Positions 40,101 through 48,807 of a DNA stretch of 64,000 bases are shown here, piece after piece. Position numbers and translations under genes: made by a program. Source of the stretch: Coleofasciculus sp. B1-GNL1-01 (lineage in GTDB: Bacteria > Cyanobacteriota > Cyanobacteriia > Cyanobacteriales > Coleofasciculaceae); the NCBI GenBank assembly GCA_040220235.1, contig JAVJTO010000157.1; one strand, 5' to 3'. The notes under the pieces are model-generated. The model had not been told where the DNA came from, did no database searches, and worked only from the letters and a program-made list of their open reading frames with translations. Every line of letters starts with the position of its first letter. Position 1 is the first letter of the stretch.

Positions 40101-40285
40101 GTTTGCGACCGATTTTGACGACGAGTTTAACTACGATTATTGGCTTGATTCCCTTGGCGCTGAGTCAGGCGACGTGGATGCCTTTATGTAGTGCAATTAT
40201 CTTTGGTTTAATTGCGGCGACGTTGAGTGCGTTGCTGGTGGTGCCTTGTTTGTATTTACTGTTAACGCCGAAGCCGTCTAATTAG
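37151..40285 (+). CDS. RND efflux permease (AcrB/AcrD/AcrF family)
   Basis: 1044 aa, GLLVDVFI, GIVVNDAIVMVD, RLRPILTTSLTT. Confidence 0.95.
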   Translation: MTKPSPISRFFFLKPVFGILLSLLFTIGGFLGYAAIVKEANPDINIAIATVTTTWAGADPQTIEQQVTNELETEIKSVENLKELRSASFSGFSIIQVEFNSEADVEQSIQLLRDAVSQAEPNLPREADQPVVEQVSFDDVPILTIALFGDLDATVLNLAAERLQERLEKVSGVSEVNLGGARDEVVQVQLDPSRLVALQIPPTTVANRIQTADRDVPLDEVESEQIGTQVRFYGRFRQLDDLRELPIARLDGRVVRLAEIATVRRELEEEESRAFISWQGRQFEPVISVGIKKVPGQDSIEVINRVLSEIEAAQQNPQLWFPGMKYRVISDESETIWEDLDNLFTNALQAMAAVFVILFIALSWREALIAGLSIPLTFLGALAILWLTGQTLNTMVLIGMVLSLGLLVDVFILMMEGMHEAIFISKLGFNQAALKTVKTYAPPAFSGQLTTILAMVPLMAISGTMGKFIRLLPITAITCLLLSFAIAILVDVPLSRFLLAGISKENKTSRIDQLSETASERFTQWSLNHTVRNQTTARAWTAGTIALFLCAVFAFTQIPTVFFPETDTRDLSINVEMPPTTTLETSQAVADDLGQRLRSKDYFESVIKYVGRRSTLVSSGELQPSQASYLVGFDAVFVPEEQRQLTSFEYVEKLRPQLEAALTSYPGATLVINSQQAAQNEDPIQIEITGNNLSELRRISGDIQLALRQIPGTTDVRDNLGDLQPDLKLIPEREQLDFYGISEEQLAAQARYYMTTNDVGDFVLGGNEEDLEIRLSTQWPSRGGEVGGPTRRDELLSVRFFGSNPDQPVIAADSVIETVQGQTPLSITHRGGERTVTVLAKVASRTVGEILSDLEPKLEQMQQSWSPGYRYQFTGEAEEQAETFGSAGQALILAIIMVFAVLVLQLGSFRQPFIILLAIPFALIGTMGGFFLAWIPFSFPAFIGVISLVGIVVNDAIVMVDTMNQYEQEGMNVRKAAAHGVSDRLRPILTTSLTTIIGLIPLALSQATWMPLCSAIIFGLIAATLSALLVVPCLYLLLTPKPSN

Positions 40286-40532
40286 GGAATAGGAACCCCT
40301 TTTTGAGGCGATTGAAATCGCTGCTACACAAATTTATGCGAAGCCTTCCCGAAGGGTAGTCCGCAAGGTAAGGACTAGATTATAAAGGGGTTGGCTAACC
40401 CGGCTTTGGTATAAGGTGTTGACTCAGGGGAGATTTTAGGCGATCGCACTCCTCAAGAAAGGGTTGAACTCGAAAAATCCCGTAGTTAATACCCTAGAAT
40501 CAGAATAATCCAATTTCCTCCAACCGAAACCG

Positions 40533-40778
40533 ATGAGTCTGGTCATACCGAATGACATTCTCCAAGCCTCCAAAATGACTGAGGATGAAATGAAGCTAGA
40601 GATTGCTATCATGCTGTACAAACAAGAAAAAATCAGCAGTGGCAAAGTCCGCGCCTGGACTGGACTGACTGTAATTGAGTTCCAACACGAATTAGCCAAA
40701 CGAGGAGTTTGTATCAACTATGATGTAGAGGATTTTCAGTCGGATATTCAAACATTGCAGTTAATAGGCTTACTATAA
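40533..40778 (+). CDS. UPF0175 family putative antitoxin
   Basis: EIAIMLYKQEKISSGK..EFQHELAKRG..NYDVEDFQSD. Confidence 0.85.
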   Translation: MSLVIPNDILQASKMTEDEMKLEIAIMLYKQEKISSGKVRAWTGLTVIEFQHELAKRGVCINYDVEDFQSDIQTLQLIGLL

Positions 40779-40897
40779 TTGTTGTCAGTGATACCTCACC
40801 CATCACCAATCTGGCAGCAATTGGTCAGCTCGATTTATTGCGGCAACTCTATAAAATCATCATTATTCCGCAAGCTGTTTATAGCAATCCTATTTAG
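40775..40897 (+). pseudogene. truncated DUF3368 PIN-domain toxin
   Basis: Frame reads (I)IVVSDTSPITNLAAIGQLDLLRQLYKIIIIPQAVY then SNPI-stop; start codon is ATA. Confidence 0.82.
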
Positions 40898-40912
40898 GGT
40901 CAGCGGACGAAG

Positions 40913-42385
40913 TTAACGAGTGCGATTTGACCGTTTTTGCATCCACCAAACTATAAGACCTACAGGAAGCGCTATGAGAACTCCCACGATTATATGAAAC
41001 AGTACGTCAAGGAAATTGTAGTAGGAAAGATAAAGGGGAATGACAGCTTCAGGGCTATCCGAGGGTTGATTTTTAGTAATAATTGTTTTTACAGGTTCAG
41101 AAGTGACTTGAGAGGAGATACCACTGACGGCTAAACCTGTGCTGACAACGGCAATTAACAATTCTAATCGTTGTTGTCGTTTTTGAGCCGCCGATTCTGT
41201 GGCGCGATCGCTCTCGGCTTGTTCGATGTCTACTCGTCCCTGGATGGCGGTTAGCGCTTTTTCGAGTAATCCGGCTCCGTGTTGGAAGTAGCCTAAATCG
41301 GATTGAATTTGTTCGGTGAAAAGACGGTAGTCGTCATCCAAAAAGCGGGATAGGAAGCTGATATCTTCGGCGGGGAGTTTGCTTTGGATATCGTTGAGTT
41401 CTCGCCTGTAGTTTTGAGCGTTGGTGTCAATCGTGAGGCGGTAGCGGTCTAGTTCACTGATTAATTGAGAGTAGGATAAGTATTTTTGAGGAATATCTTT
41501 GAGGTATTTTTTGAATTGGTTGAGTTCGTGTTGAGTGAGTTGTTTATCGACGGGCATTCCCTGGAAGATTGTATTGATATAGGGTTCGATGGCTTGATAC
41601 TCTTGGCGAACTACATGATGAACCTGACGGCTGCGATGAAAGGCAGCGACGACTTTGTTTAAATGGCAAAATAGACTGACGAAGGTTGAATAGTGGGCGG
41701 TAAATTTGTCGTCGGTTTCGGTTTCACAGAAGACCCAAATTAGGATATGGCAGTAGTCTTTTTCTTGAGTAGGAACACCGTATTCAAAAATGGGACTGCC
41801 GAATAGTTGACCTTCTCGGTAAAAGTCGGGTAAAGGATATTGATTGGGGATGAATTCTCTTAAGCAATTGTCTGCCAATTGCCTAAGTTCTTGACGATTT
41901 TGTGGCGATTTCCAGGGCAACCACTGTTTTTCTTCGGTGTACCAAACGGTTAGGAGTAGGGTTTGACCGAGGGAACTCCCAATTTCACTGGGCATTAAGC
42001 AGCCAGAAGGGTTGAGGAGTTCAAGAATGTTGAGGTTTAGGGGGTTGGTTTTCTTCTGATTTTCGTCAAATTCGGGACGGCGGAGGTTGAGGGCGAGGAC
42101 GTAGGTATCGTGAATGCGGAGGGGGGTGGCAAGTCCGGTAATGGGTAGAGGTGTGCCATCTAGGAAGATTTTACTCTCAAAATGGAGAGCTACATCATCG
42201 TCGGTTTTATCTTTGAGCAGGTCAACTCGATAGCCTGGTTTTTCTTCGATTTCGAGGGGTTTGGTAACGCCAAAGCGTTGAGAGAGAAGGGTGTTCCATT
42301 TGTCCCAGAGTAGGTTAGGTGGATGGTTGTCTTTCAGGTGAAAGGCAAATAAATGGACATTGGGGGCGTAGATTTTGCTAGCCAT
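40913..42385 (-). CDS. hypothetical protein with long helical stalk and two C-terminal TM helices (CorA-like topology)
   Basis: 490 aa; TM1 LLIAVVSTGLAVSGI, TM2 VLFHIIVGVLIALPVGLIVWWM; no GMN motif; overlaps the upstream ORF by 8 nt. Confidence 0.8.
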   Translation of the reverse strand: MASKIYAPNVHLFAFHLKDNHPPNLLWDKWNTLLSQRFGVTKPLEIEEKPGYRVDLLKDKTDDDVALHFESKIFLDGTPLPITGLATPLRIHDTYVLALNLRRPEFDENQKKTNPLNLNILELLNPSGCLMPSEIGSSLGQTLLLTVWYTEEKQWLPWKSPQNRQELRQLADNCLREFIPNQYPLPDFYREGQLFGSPIFEYGVPTQEKDYCHILIWVFCETETDDKFTAHYSTFVSLFCHLNKVVAAFHRSRQVHHVVRQEYQAIEPYINTIFQGMPVDKQLTQHELNQFKKYLKDIPQKYLSYSQLISELDRYRLTIDTNAQNYRRELNDIQSKLPAEDISFLSRFLDDDYRLFTEQIQSDLGYFQHGAGLLEKALTAIQGRVDIEQAESDRATESAAQKRQQRLELLIAVVSTGLAVSGISSQVTSEPVKTIITKNQPSDSPEAVIPLYLSYYNFLDVLFHIIVGVLIALPVGLIVWWMQKRSNRTR

Positions 42386-42725
42386 TGCTCTTGTCTGAGT
42401 CAGGATTGGTTGACTTAGATTTGAGTTTGTCTTTAACCTGCTGGCTCAATTCTGGGAAGAAGTTGGTAATGCGAGTGGATTGATTGGCTTGGGAGGGTTT
42501 GACTTTTTTGAGTTCGCGATCGCCTTCCTCCAAGTTTTCGAGTTCATCACGAATACGAGGATGAGTGATGTAGAAATTATTCAGAGTTTCCTCAGCCTCA
42601 TTGTCTGATAGAGTTTGTATTTGGGTTAGCGTATTATCCAAGTCTTGTAAGTCTTGGGTAGTAAATAGGTCAGATTTTGTTTCGAGTAGGGTTGGTAAAT
42701 AGGGAAGGAGTTCGTCGTCAATCAT
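42378..42725 (-). CDS. small hypothetical protein in the CHAT operon
   Basis: 115 aa, starts 3 nt after the CHAT stop and overlaps the next start; acidic helical N-half, basic polar C-half. Confidence 0.78.
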   Translation of the reverse strand: MIDDELLPYLPTLLETKSDLFTTQDLQDLDNTLTQIQTLSDNEAEETLNNFYITHPRIRDELENLEEGDRELKKVKPSQANQSTRITNFFPELSQQVKDKLKSKSTNPDSDKSNG

Positions 42726-42728
42726 AAT

Positions 42729-45700
42729 TTATTGTCCGATAGCACAGAAGGCTGCCCAGTGGTAGGGAGAATGAAAAGGTTGTTCGTGAGAAGCGCGGCG
42801 GCTTAGTTTTTTCCGAATGGGTTTAATTAAATTTTCGTCTAGGTTTAAGCTCTTTGTCCATGCCTGTAGTTCGACTGTCGTGGCATCTCGGAGCCAGGTT
42901 TGGGCTTGGTTGAGGGCAAGGGCAACGGTTGAGCCGGATTTGAGATTCTGATAGAACTTAATCATTAACAGGGCTGTCGATAAGTCGTTTACTCTCCAGA
43001 GGGAACTAACGACGCTGGGAGAACCTGCGATGAGGAAGCCACTGGGTATGCCTATGTATTCGTCGCTGATGTTTTTGAAATCAATCAATCCAGTTTCGCA
43101 AGCGGAAAGGGTGACGAGGCGACATTGTTCTAAGTTGAGGCTAAGGATGGCATCGAGGGTGAGGCACTGGTTCAAGTCATGGGTTTCACCGTCGCGCACA
43201 TTAAGATAACGTTCTGTGTCTGGGTTGATGGGTGCGGTAGTTAGGGGTGCATTTGCCAAGATGAGAGCAGATTTGCGGGGATTATCTAAGTTAAAGTAGC
43301 CGTGACAGCTAAAGTGGGCGCAGTGGATTGTGTTCAGTTTAGCTTCATTGATAGCTGTTAGTGTAGCTTCTGTTTTTTTGAAGATATCAGCAGGCTTAAA
43401 GTAGTCTGTGATAGCTTGCACTTCCAAATCAGTATAGGCAAGGTCGTTTGTGGGGTTTTGGATGGCAAATAGGTGGGTAAAGTTAGGGCGTTTTCGTTGT
43501 TGTGCTTGGAGCAGGAGTTGACAACTGGGCGCGTAGCTGACACCGTTGGAGAAGCGATCGAGTAAGCAATCTGTTTTACCGTTGTGAGATAAGGGTAGGG
43601 CATGAAGGGGAAACAGATGCAGGAACCTATGAGGGATTAAGATTAAGCGATCGCATTCTTCTGGAATTTGCTTAATAATTTCATTAATGTGTAGAATCTT
43701 CGCCAGCAGATGTAAGCGGACACTCAGACGACGCTGCCAATGGGATTTGCGATTGTTATATGCTCTCAGATATCCATTGAACCATTTCTCAAAGTGTTTC
43801 AGATCTTGTTGTTCAGATTGCAATACTATGGGATTTTGGGTCTTGTTGGTGAAGATGAAGGTGAAAAGCTTATCGCCTGTAAAATAAAACTCCACAACGG
43901 CGGTATTGTCATCCAAAGTCGCCTGGAATTGGTCAAACTTGAAGCCATAACCAATAGGCAGATAACGGTCTTGCAATTCGTTGTGCTGCTGTCGCAATTG
44001 CTGGAGATGTTGCGCTAGGGCAGTTGGTTCATCGGCGGTAGCAGTTTGAATTTTATCTTGACCAATGGCAATTTCATCTTCAAGTTTTCGCAGTTTACGG
44101 GCAATTTCTAGGGGTAAAAGGTTGTGGAAATCGCGGCTGAGGATGAGTTCTACAAGGTTACGGGTCTTGCTGCGTTCTGCGTATTCAATGGCATAGTTAT
44201 AGTACTGTGGCTCATCTATAGCTAACTCTAGGCATATTTCCACGATGCCTTGATAGATTTGGTTATATTTTTCAGCAAGTTTCTGCTTATCTTTTTCTAC
44301 ACCAGAGCCAGAGATCATCTCATCTCGCAAGGATTCTACAGTGTTAATGGCAGCACTAAAAGCCGTGTAAGACTTGGCGAATTGTTGAGAACCTTGATAA
44401 GCTTGACCGAGGTGAAATTGAGTTTCTGCATAGTTTTTTGGAAAAGCTTCGCGGGTGTAAATTTCTAATGTCGCTTGGTAACAACCTATCGCTTTTTCTA
44501 AATTCTGAATCTTCTCTCCTCTAACCCTGTCGTAGTAGGTAATTCCGAGACTTTTTTGGGTCATTGCCCAGTATTGGGGGAAAGCTTCGCAGGTACGAAC
44601 TTCTAAGGCTGCTTGGTAACAAGCTATCGCTTTTTCCTGGTTCTGAGCCTGTTCTTCCCGGATACGATCGTGGTAGGCAATTCCCAGATTGTGTTGAATC
44701 ATCGCCCAGTCAAAGGGAAAAGCCTCGCGGGTACAAACCTCCAAGGCTTCCTGGTAGCAAGCAATTGTCTTTTCTAGGTTTTGATCTCGTTCACCATCGA
44801 TTCGTTCCCAATAGGCAATTCCCAGATTGTTTTGAGTCATTGCCCAATATTGGGGAAACGCTTTGCGGTTGAGGACTTCCAGGGCAGCTTGGCAACAAGT
44901 AATTCCTTGTTCTAGGTTCTCGACTCGCTCCCCCCGGATTCGCTTAGTGTAAGCACTCCCTAGATTGCTTTGAGCCATTGCCCATTCTTGAGGAAATGTT
45001 TCGCGGTTATAGACTTCCAAAGCGGCTTGGTAGCAAGCAATCGCTGCTTCTAGGTTCTCGGCAAGCTCACCATCGATTCGATCTCGATAAGCAGTTCCCA
45101 GATTTATTTGAGTCATCGCCCAGTCTTGGGGAAATGTCTCACGAGTGCGAACTTCCAAAGCTGCTCGGTAATAAGCAATCGCCTTCTCCAGGTTATGGGT
45201 TCGCTTTTCCTGGATTCTTTCATAGTAAACACTTCCCAAAGTGTGCTGAACCGCCGCCCATTCTTGAGGAAATACGTCGCGGTTATAGACTTGCAAGGCA
45301 GCTTGGCAACAGGCGATCGCTTGTTCTATGTTCTCGGCACGCTCTCCCCAAATTCGATTAGTGTAAGCATTTGCCAGATTATTTTGAGCCATTGTCCAGT
45401 CTTGAGGAAACCCTTCGCGGGTGAGAACTTGCAAGGCAGCTTGGCAACAGGCGATCGCTTGTTCTATGTTCTCGGCACGCTCTCCCCGAATTCGATTAGT
45501 GTAAGCTATTCCCAAATTGTTTTGAATCTTTGCCCACTCGTGGGGAACTACCTCCCGCTTGTAAACTTGCAGCACCACATTGTAGCCAGTAATCGCAATC
45601 TCCTGGTTGTTTGCCCCAATACCTTGGGGAAACTGGGCAACTAGAGCGCTTAACTTGCCAATATAAGACGCAATGCTCTGTGCTTCCTCTGGCTGCACCA

Positions 45701-46121
45701 CCGCGAGGGTAGCCGTTGCCCAGCCTCGTAATATCGTAGCTGCAATATCATCCAACTTATCGAGGTTCGCTTGCAGCAGAGGATACACTACTTCAGGATT
45801 GCCATCGCTTTCTGTAGTTGCCATCATCAATTCCAAAAGGAAGAGAAGTCGGTAGACGAAAGCCGGAGGTGGAGATATAAGGAGAGTTGATGACGACAAT
45901 CTCTGTTCTTCCGACAGTTTAAGGGCAAAGCTGATTAAATAAGCAGCCGTGTTGCGATTACCTCTCTCTGCAAGTGCTCCTGCTATTTGTCCCATCATCT
46001 GAACTAAGCCAGCATCGAGTAACTCTCGATTATCTTTTAATATGGCTTGTTCACTACCATAAGGACACCTCAGCAGTTCTTGGATCAAGTACAAATAAGC
46101 TTGTTGGCGACTGTCATCCAT
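42729..46121 (-). CDS. TPR-CHAT caspase-like protease
   Basis: About nine 46-aa TPR-like repeats, ERSKTRNL, IPHRFLHLFPLHAL, HFSCHG, LSACETG, SLWRVND, PYHWAAF; probable start MDDSRQQAYL. Confidence 0.95.
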   Translation of the reverse strand: MDDSRQQAYLYLIQELLRCPYGSEQAILKDNRELLDAGLVQMMGQIAGALAERGNRNTAAYLISFALKLSEEQRLSSSTLLISPPPAFVYRLLFLLELMMATTESDGNPEVVYPLLQANLDKLDDIAATILRGWATATLAVVQPEEAQSIASYIGKLSALVAQFPQGIGANNQEIAITGYNVVLQVYKREVVPHEWAKIQNNLGIAYTNRIRGERAENIEQAIACCQAALQVLTREGFPQDWTMAQNNLANAYTNRIWGERAENIEQAIACCQAALQVYNRDVFPQEWAAVQHTLGSVYYERIQEKRTHNLEKAIAYYRAALEVRTRETFPQDWAMTQINLGTAYRDRIDGELAENLEAAIACYQAALEVYNRETFPQEWAMAQSNLGSAYTKRIRGERVENLEQGITCCQAALEVLNRKAFPQYWAMTQNNLGIAYWERIDGERDQNLEKTIACYQEALEVCTREAFPFDWAMIQHNLGIAYHDRIREEQAQNQEKAIACYQAALEVRTCEAFPQYWAMTQKSLGITYYDRVRGEKIQNLEKAIGCYQATLEIYTREAFPKNYAETQFHLGQAYQGSQQFAKSYTAFSAAINTVESLRDEMISGSGVEKDKQKLAEKYNQIYQGIVEICLELAIDEPQYYNYAIEYAERSKTRNLVELILSRDFHNLLPLEIARKLRKLEDEIAIGQDKIQTATADEPTALAQHLQQLRQQHNELQDRYLPIGYGFKFDQFQATLDDNTAVVEFYFTGDKLFTFIFTNKTQNPIVLQSEQQDLKHFEKWFNGYLRAYNNRKSHWQRRLSVRLHLLAKILHINEIIKQIPEECDRLILIPHRFLHLFPLHALPLSHNGKTDCLLDRFSNGVSYAPSCQLLLQAQQRKRPNFTHLFAIQNPTNDLAYTDLEVQAITDYFKPADIFKKTEATLTAINEAKLNTIHCAHFSCHGYFNLDNPRKSALILANAPLTTAPINPDTERYLNVRDGETHDLNQCLTLDAILSLNLEQCRLVTLSACETGLIDFKNISDEYIGIPSGFLIAGSPSVVSSLWRVNDLSTALLMIKFYQNLKSGSTVALALNQAQTWLRDATTVELQAWTKSLNLDENLIKPIRKKLSRRASHEQPFHSPYHWAAFCAIGQ

Positions 46122-46307
46122 TGCAGGCAACCCTCCGCATCCATTCCCTTTTGATTTCTTCAGGGGGAGAACAAGCATTTCCGCACAGCCAGAATTGATT
46201 AATCGTTTCGCTCAAAAGAACTTATCCTGAGTCCCTTCCCCGCTAAAACTGCTCCCCTACTCCCCAAAAAGCTGCCCACTGACGGACTCCTCAACGTCTC
46301 CTTAGCC

Positions 46308-46913
46308 TTATCTTGGCAGCACATCATCAAGTTTAAACGCTAACCTGGGCAACATCGGTGAAACAATTGTCTCTCCCAGTCGATATTGCTGTTGAACATA
46401 GTCTTCACCGACTAACTGACAAACTGTAATAGTTGGCTGCTTAGGTCTACCAATGAAAGCAACGCCGCCTAATCCTCGATAATCAACAATCCAATATTCT
46501 GGAATACCCAATAAAGCATATTCTTCCACTTTACGAGCATAATCAGTTTCCCAATTTGTACTGACCACCTCAACAACCAACTTAATCGAAGTTCCCAACG
46601 TAATCACAGGTTCTCGCTCCCATAACGGCTCATTCACTAATGCAGTTTCATCTAAAACCACGACATCAGGACGACGCGCCGTCGCCGCATCTGTAAAAGG
46701 TCTAACAATACAGGTGCGCGGAATAAACCAGGGATGTCCTTGTCGTTCTAACTCAATACTCAGTTTACTGGCTAATTTTCCCGCGACTGTTTCATGAGGT
46801 CCAGTGGGTTCCCTATCAATTAATTCTCCATCCGCCAATTCATAGCGAGGGTTGTTGCTATAGTGGGCGATAAATTCATCAAAACTTAGAAGTTGAGATA
46901 AAGTATAAACCAT
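46308..46913 (-). CDS. Uma2 (DUF820) family PD-(D/E)XK endonuclease
   Basis: RYELADG, RRPDVVV, LVVEVVS, YALLGIPEYWIVD. Confidence 0.93.
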   Translation of the reverse strand: MVYTLSQLLSFDEFIAHYSNNPRYELADGELIDREPTGPHETVAGKLASKLSIELERQGHPWFIPRTCIVRPFTDAATARRPDVVVLDETALVNEPLWEREPVITLGTSIKLVVEVVSTNWETDYARKVEEYALLGIPEYWIVDYRGLGGVAFIGRPKQPTITVCQLVGEDYVQQQYRLGETIVSPMLPRLAFKLDDVLPR

Positions 46914-46978
46914 ACGTTAACCTCTGAGTATATTGACAAGTTATTATACCAAATCCAGGTTAACTACCCATTGTTGCC

Positions 46979-47105
46979 TAAGCTGTTATGCATTTAAATT
47001 GGGAATGGGTAGCGAGCAAGATGCTCAATGTAGCGAGCAAGATGCTCGCACTACGGCAAGGATTTCTCCATTATTGACATTATGGTTTAAATGCCGAACA
47101 GCTTA
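46979..47105. mobile_element. MITE inserted at TA
   Basis: TIR TAAGCTGTTATGCATTTAAA / TTTAAATGCCGAACAGCTTA (18 of 20 match); internal GTAGCGAGCAAGATGCTC x2. Confidence 0.82.
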
Positions 47106-47122
47106 CCGCAGCTTAAAATATC

Positions 47123-47221
47123 GGGAGCATCCCAATTTGGCACGTTGGCTCTTTAAATGGGGCTGAAACCCTTACAATTGCGTTACTTTAGGTAATGCTT
47201 TGTCCAAAACGGGATGCTCCC
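47123..47221. mobile_element. 99-bp MITE with 8-bp target-site duplication
   Basis: Perfect TIR GGGAGCATCCC / GGGATGCTCCC flanked by AAAATATC at 47115-47122 and 47222-47229. Confidence 0.88.
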
Positions 47222-47332
47222 AAAATATCAGCATACCGCAGCGGTGAGAGTGGCGCTTAATGTGAATATTGCGGTGTTACGCTACGCTAACAAACCCTAC
47301 TGGCTACCTTTCTATTTCCAGTGATAACTTAA

Positions 47333-47402
47333 TCAGGGCGGGTTTTGCTGTTCAGTTATTTCACCAATAGCTGAATTTAATCCCTAAACCCGCCCCTACA
47401 AT
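47333..47402. repeat. GTAG-type REP/REPIN unit (family of 10292-10490)
   Basis: TCAGGGCGGGTTTTG...CCCTAAACCCGCCCCTACAA. Confidence 0.85.
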
Positions 47403-47463
47403 TTGGCTAAATTTGCCCCTACAATTGGGGATAAATCCTTGGAAACCATCTACTTTTATTCGG

Positions 47464-48807
47464 TCAATGTTTAGCCGGGAGTGGACGGTTCTCAAAGTTG
47501 GGATATTTGGCATCAACTTTATCCGCTTTTTTCGCAATCCAGTTAAAGAAAAAATGAGCCAGTTTTAGCTGCCTAAAAATCTGCTGCGGATCAGATAAAT
47601 GAGTCGTCGGGAACTCTTGTCCCATTTCTTTAAACACTAATCCTAGCGGCACATTAATTTTATCCTGAAGTTGCAGACAACGGGTAAAATAGGGTCCATA
47701 AGCCGCTATCAATGAGCCAACCCCGCCCCGCGCTTGTCCCCACCCGATGTAATAGAGTCCCTTGTAATCCTCAATAAACGAACCCCCATAACATTTAACC
47801 ACGGGTCCTTCAACGCGCTGAAGTTCTTCCGGTAAGAAGGGATAGGCAACATGATAGCCAGTGGCACAAACAATTAAATCAAATTCCTGCTCACTCCCAT
47901 CGACAAACTCGACCGTTTTTCCCTGAAGCCGACGCACCCCAGGCTTGGCAATAATCCGACCATGTTTAATATAGTACGGGACTTCATTATTTAACGTGGG
48001 ATGTTTCTCAAAAATGCGATGCTTAGGTTTAGGTAAACCGTAATTTTCATGGGAGCCAAAGGTCAGTCTGATGATGCCATAAGCCATCAGCCGTTGTAAC
48101 CATTCTGGCATCCACCATCGCACGATATCAGCTATCGGGACTCCCATAAACGTTTTGGGAATAAACCAAACGGATTCACGCATACTTAAAACACTCTTAC
48201 GGCTTACCCGTGCAGCTTCAGCAGCAATATCACAGGCTGAATTTCCACCGCCAATCACTAGCACCCGTTTACCCCGCAGTTGCTCCGGTTTTTTGTAATC
48301 TTTAGAATGAATAATTTCCCCGTGAAATTGTCCCTCAAATTCCGGAAACCGTTTGCACCAGTGATGTCCGTTACAGAGTAATACGCCTTTATAAATCCGT
48401 TGTTCTCCATTGGCAAAGGTAACTTCCCAGAGATTATTTTCAATCGGTCGGATATACTCAACAGTACGATTCAGTTCAATCTCCTCCCGTAACTGAAAAT
48501 GATCGGCAAAACGATTCAGATAATCCCGGATATTTTGAGCGCTGGGAAAATCGGGATAGTCATCAGGCATGGGAAAATGAGTAAATTGGGTAATCGTCCG
48601 GGATGAAATAATATGGGCAGTTTCATAAACCCCGTGATACCAATTGCCACCAATATCATCACTGCCATCCACCTGATCATAGGCAAGACCCGCCGCTTTC
48701 AGGGCTTGAGCCATACCCAATCCCACAAACCCTGCGCCGAGAATCAACTGCTTGTGACTCCTATTATCCTGCTGTACGGTTGAGCGAGAATGACTAACTT
48801 GCACCAC
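47464..48807 (-). CDS. flavin-containing monooxygenase
   Basis: GAGFVG, GGNWY, FHGEIIHSKDYK, GGGNSACD, CATGY. Confidence 0.93.
   Translation of the reverse strand: MVQVSHSRSTVQQDNRSHKQLILGAGFVGLGMAQALKAAGLAYDQVDGSDDIGGNWYHGVYETAHIISSRTITQFTHFPMPDDYPDFPSAQNIRDYLNRFADHFQLREEIELNRTVEYIRPIENNLWEVTFANGEQRIYKGVLLCNGHHWCKRFPEFEGQFHGEIIHSKDYKKPEQLRGKRVLVIGGGNSACDIAAEAARVSRKSVLSMRESVWFIPKTFMGVPIADIVRWWMPEWLQRLMAYGIIRLTFGSHENYGLPKPKHRIFEKHPTLNNEVPYYIKHGRIIAKPGVRRLQGKTVEFVDGSEQEFDLIVCATGYHVAYPFLPEELQRVEGPVVKCYGGSFIEDYKGLYYIGWGQARGGVGSLIAAYGPYFTRCLQLQDKINVPLGLVFKEMGQEFPTTHLSDPQQIFRQLKLAHFFFNWIAKKADKVDAKYPNFENRPLPAKH

Noticed and set aside
44250..45644. Long + strand ORFs inside the TPR array; possible DGR template
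   Set aside because: Antisense shadows of the repeats; the duplicates lie within one CDS, show no adenine-specific pattern and have no reverse transcriptase nearby
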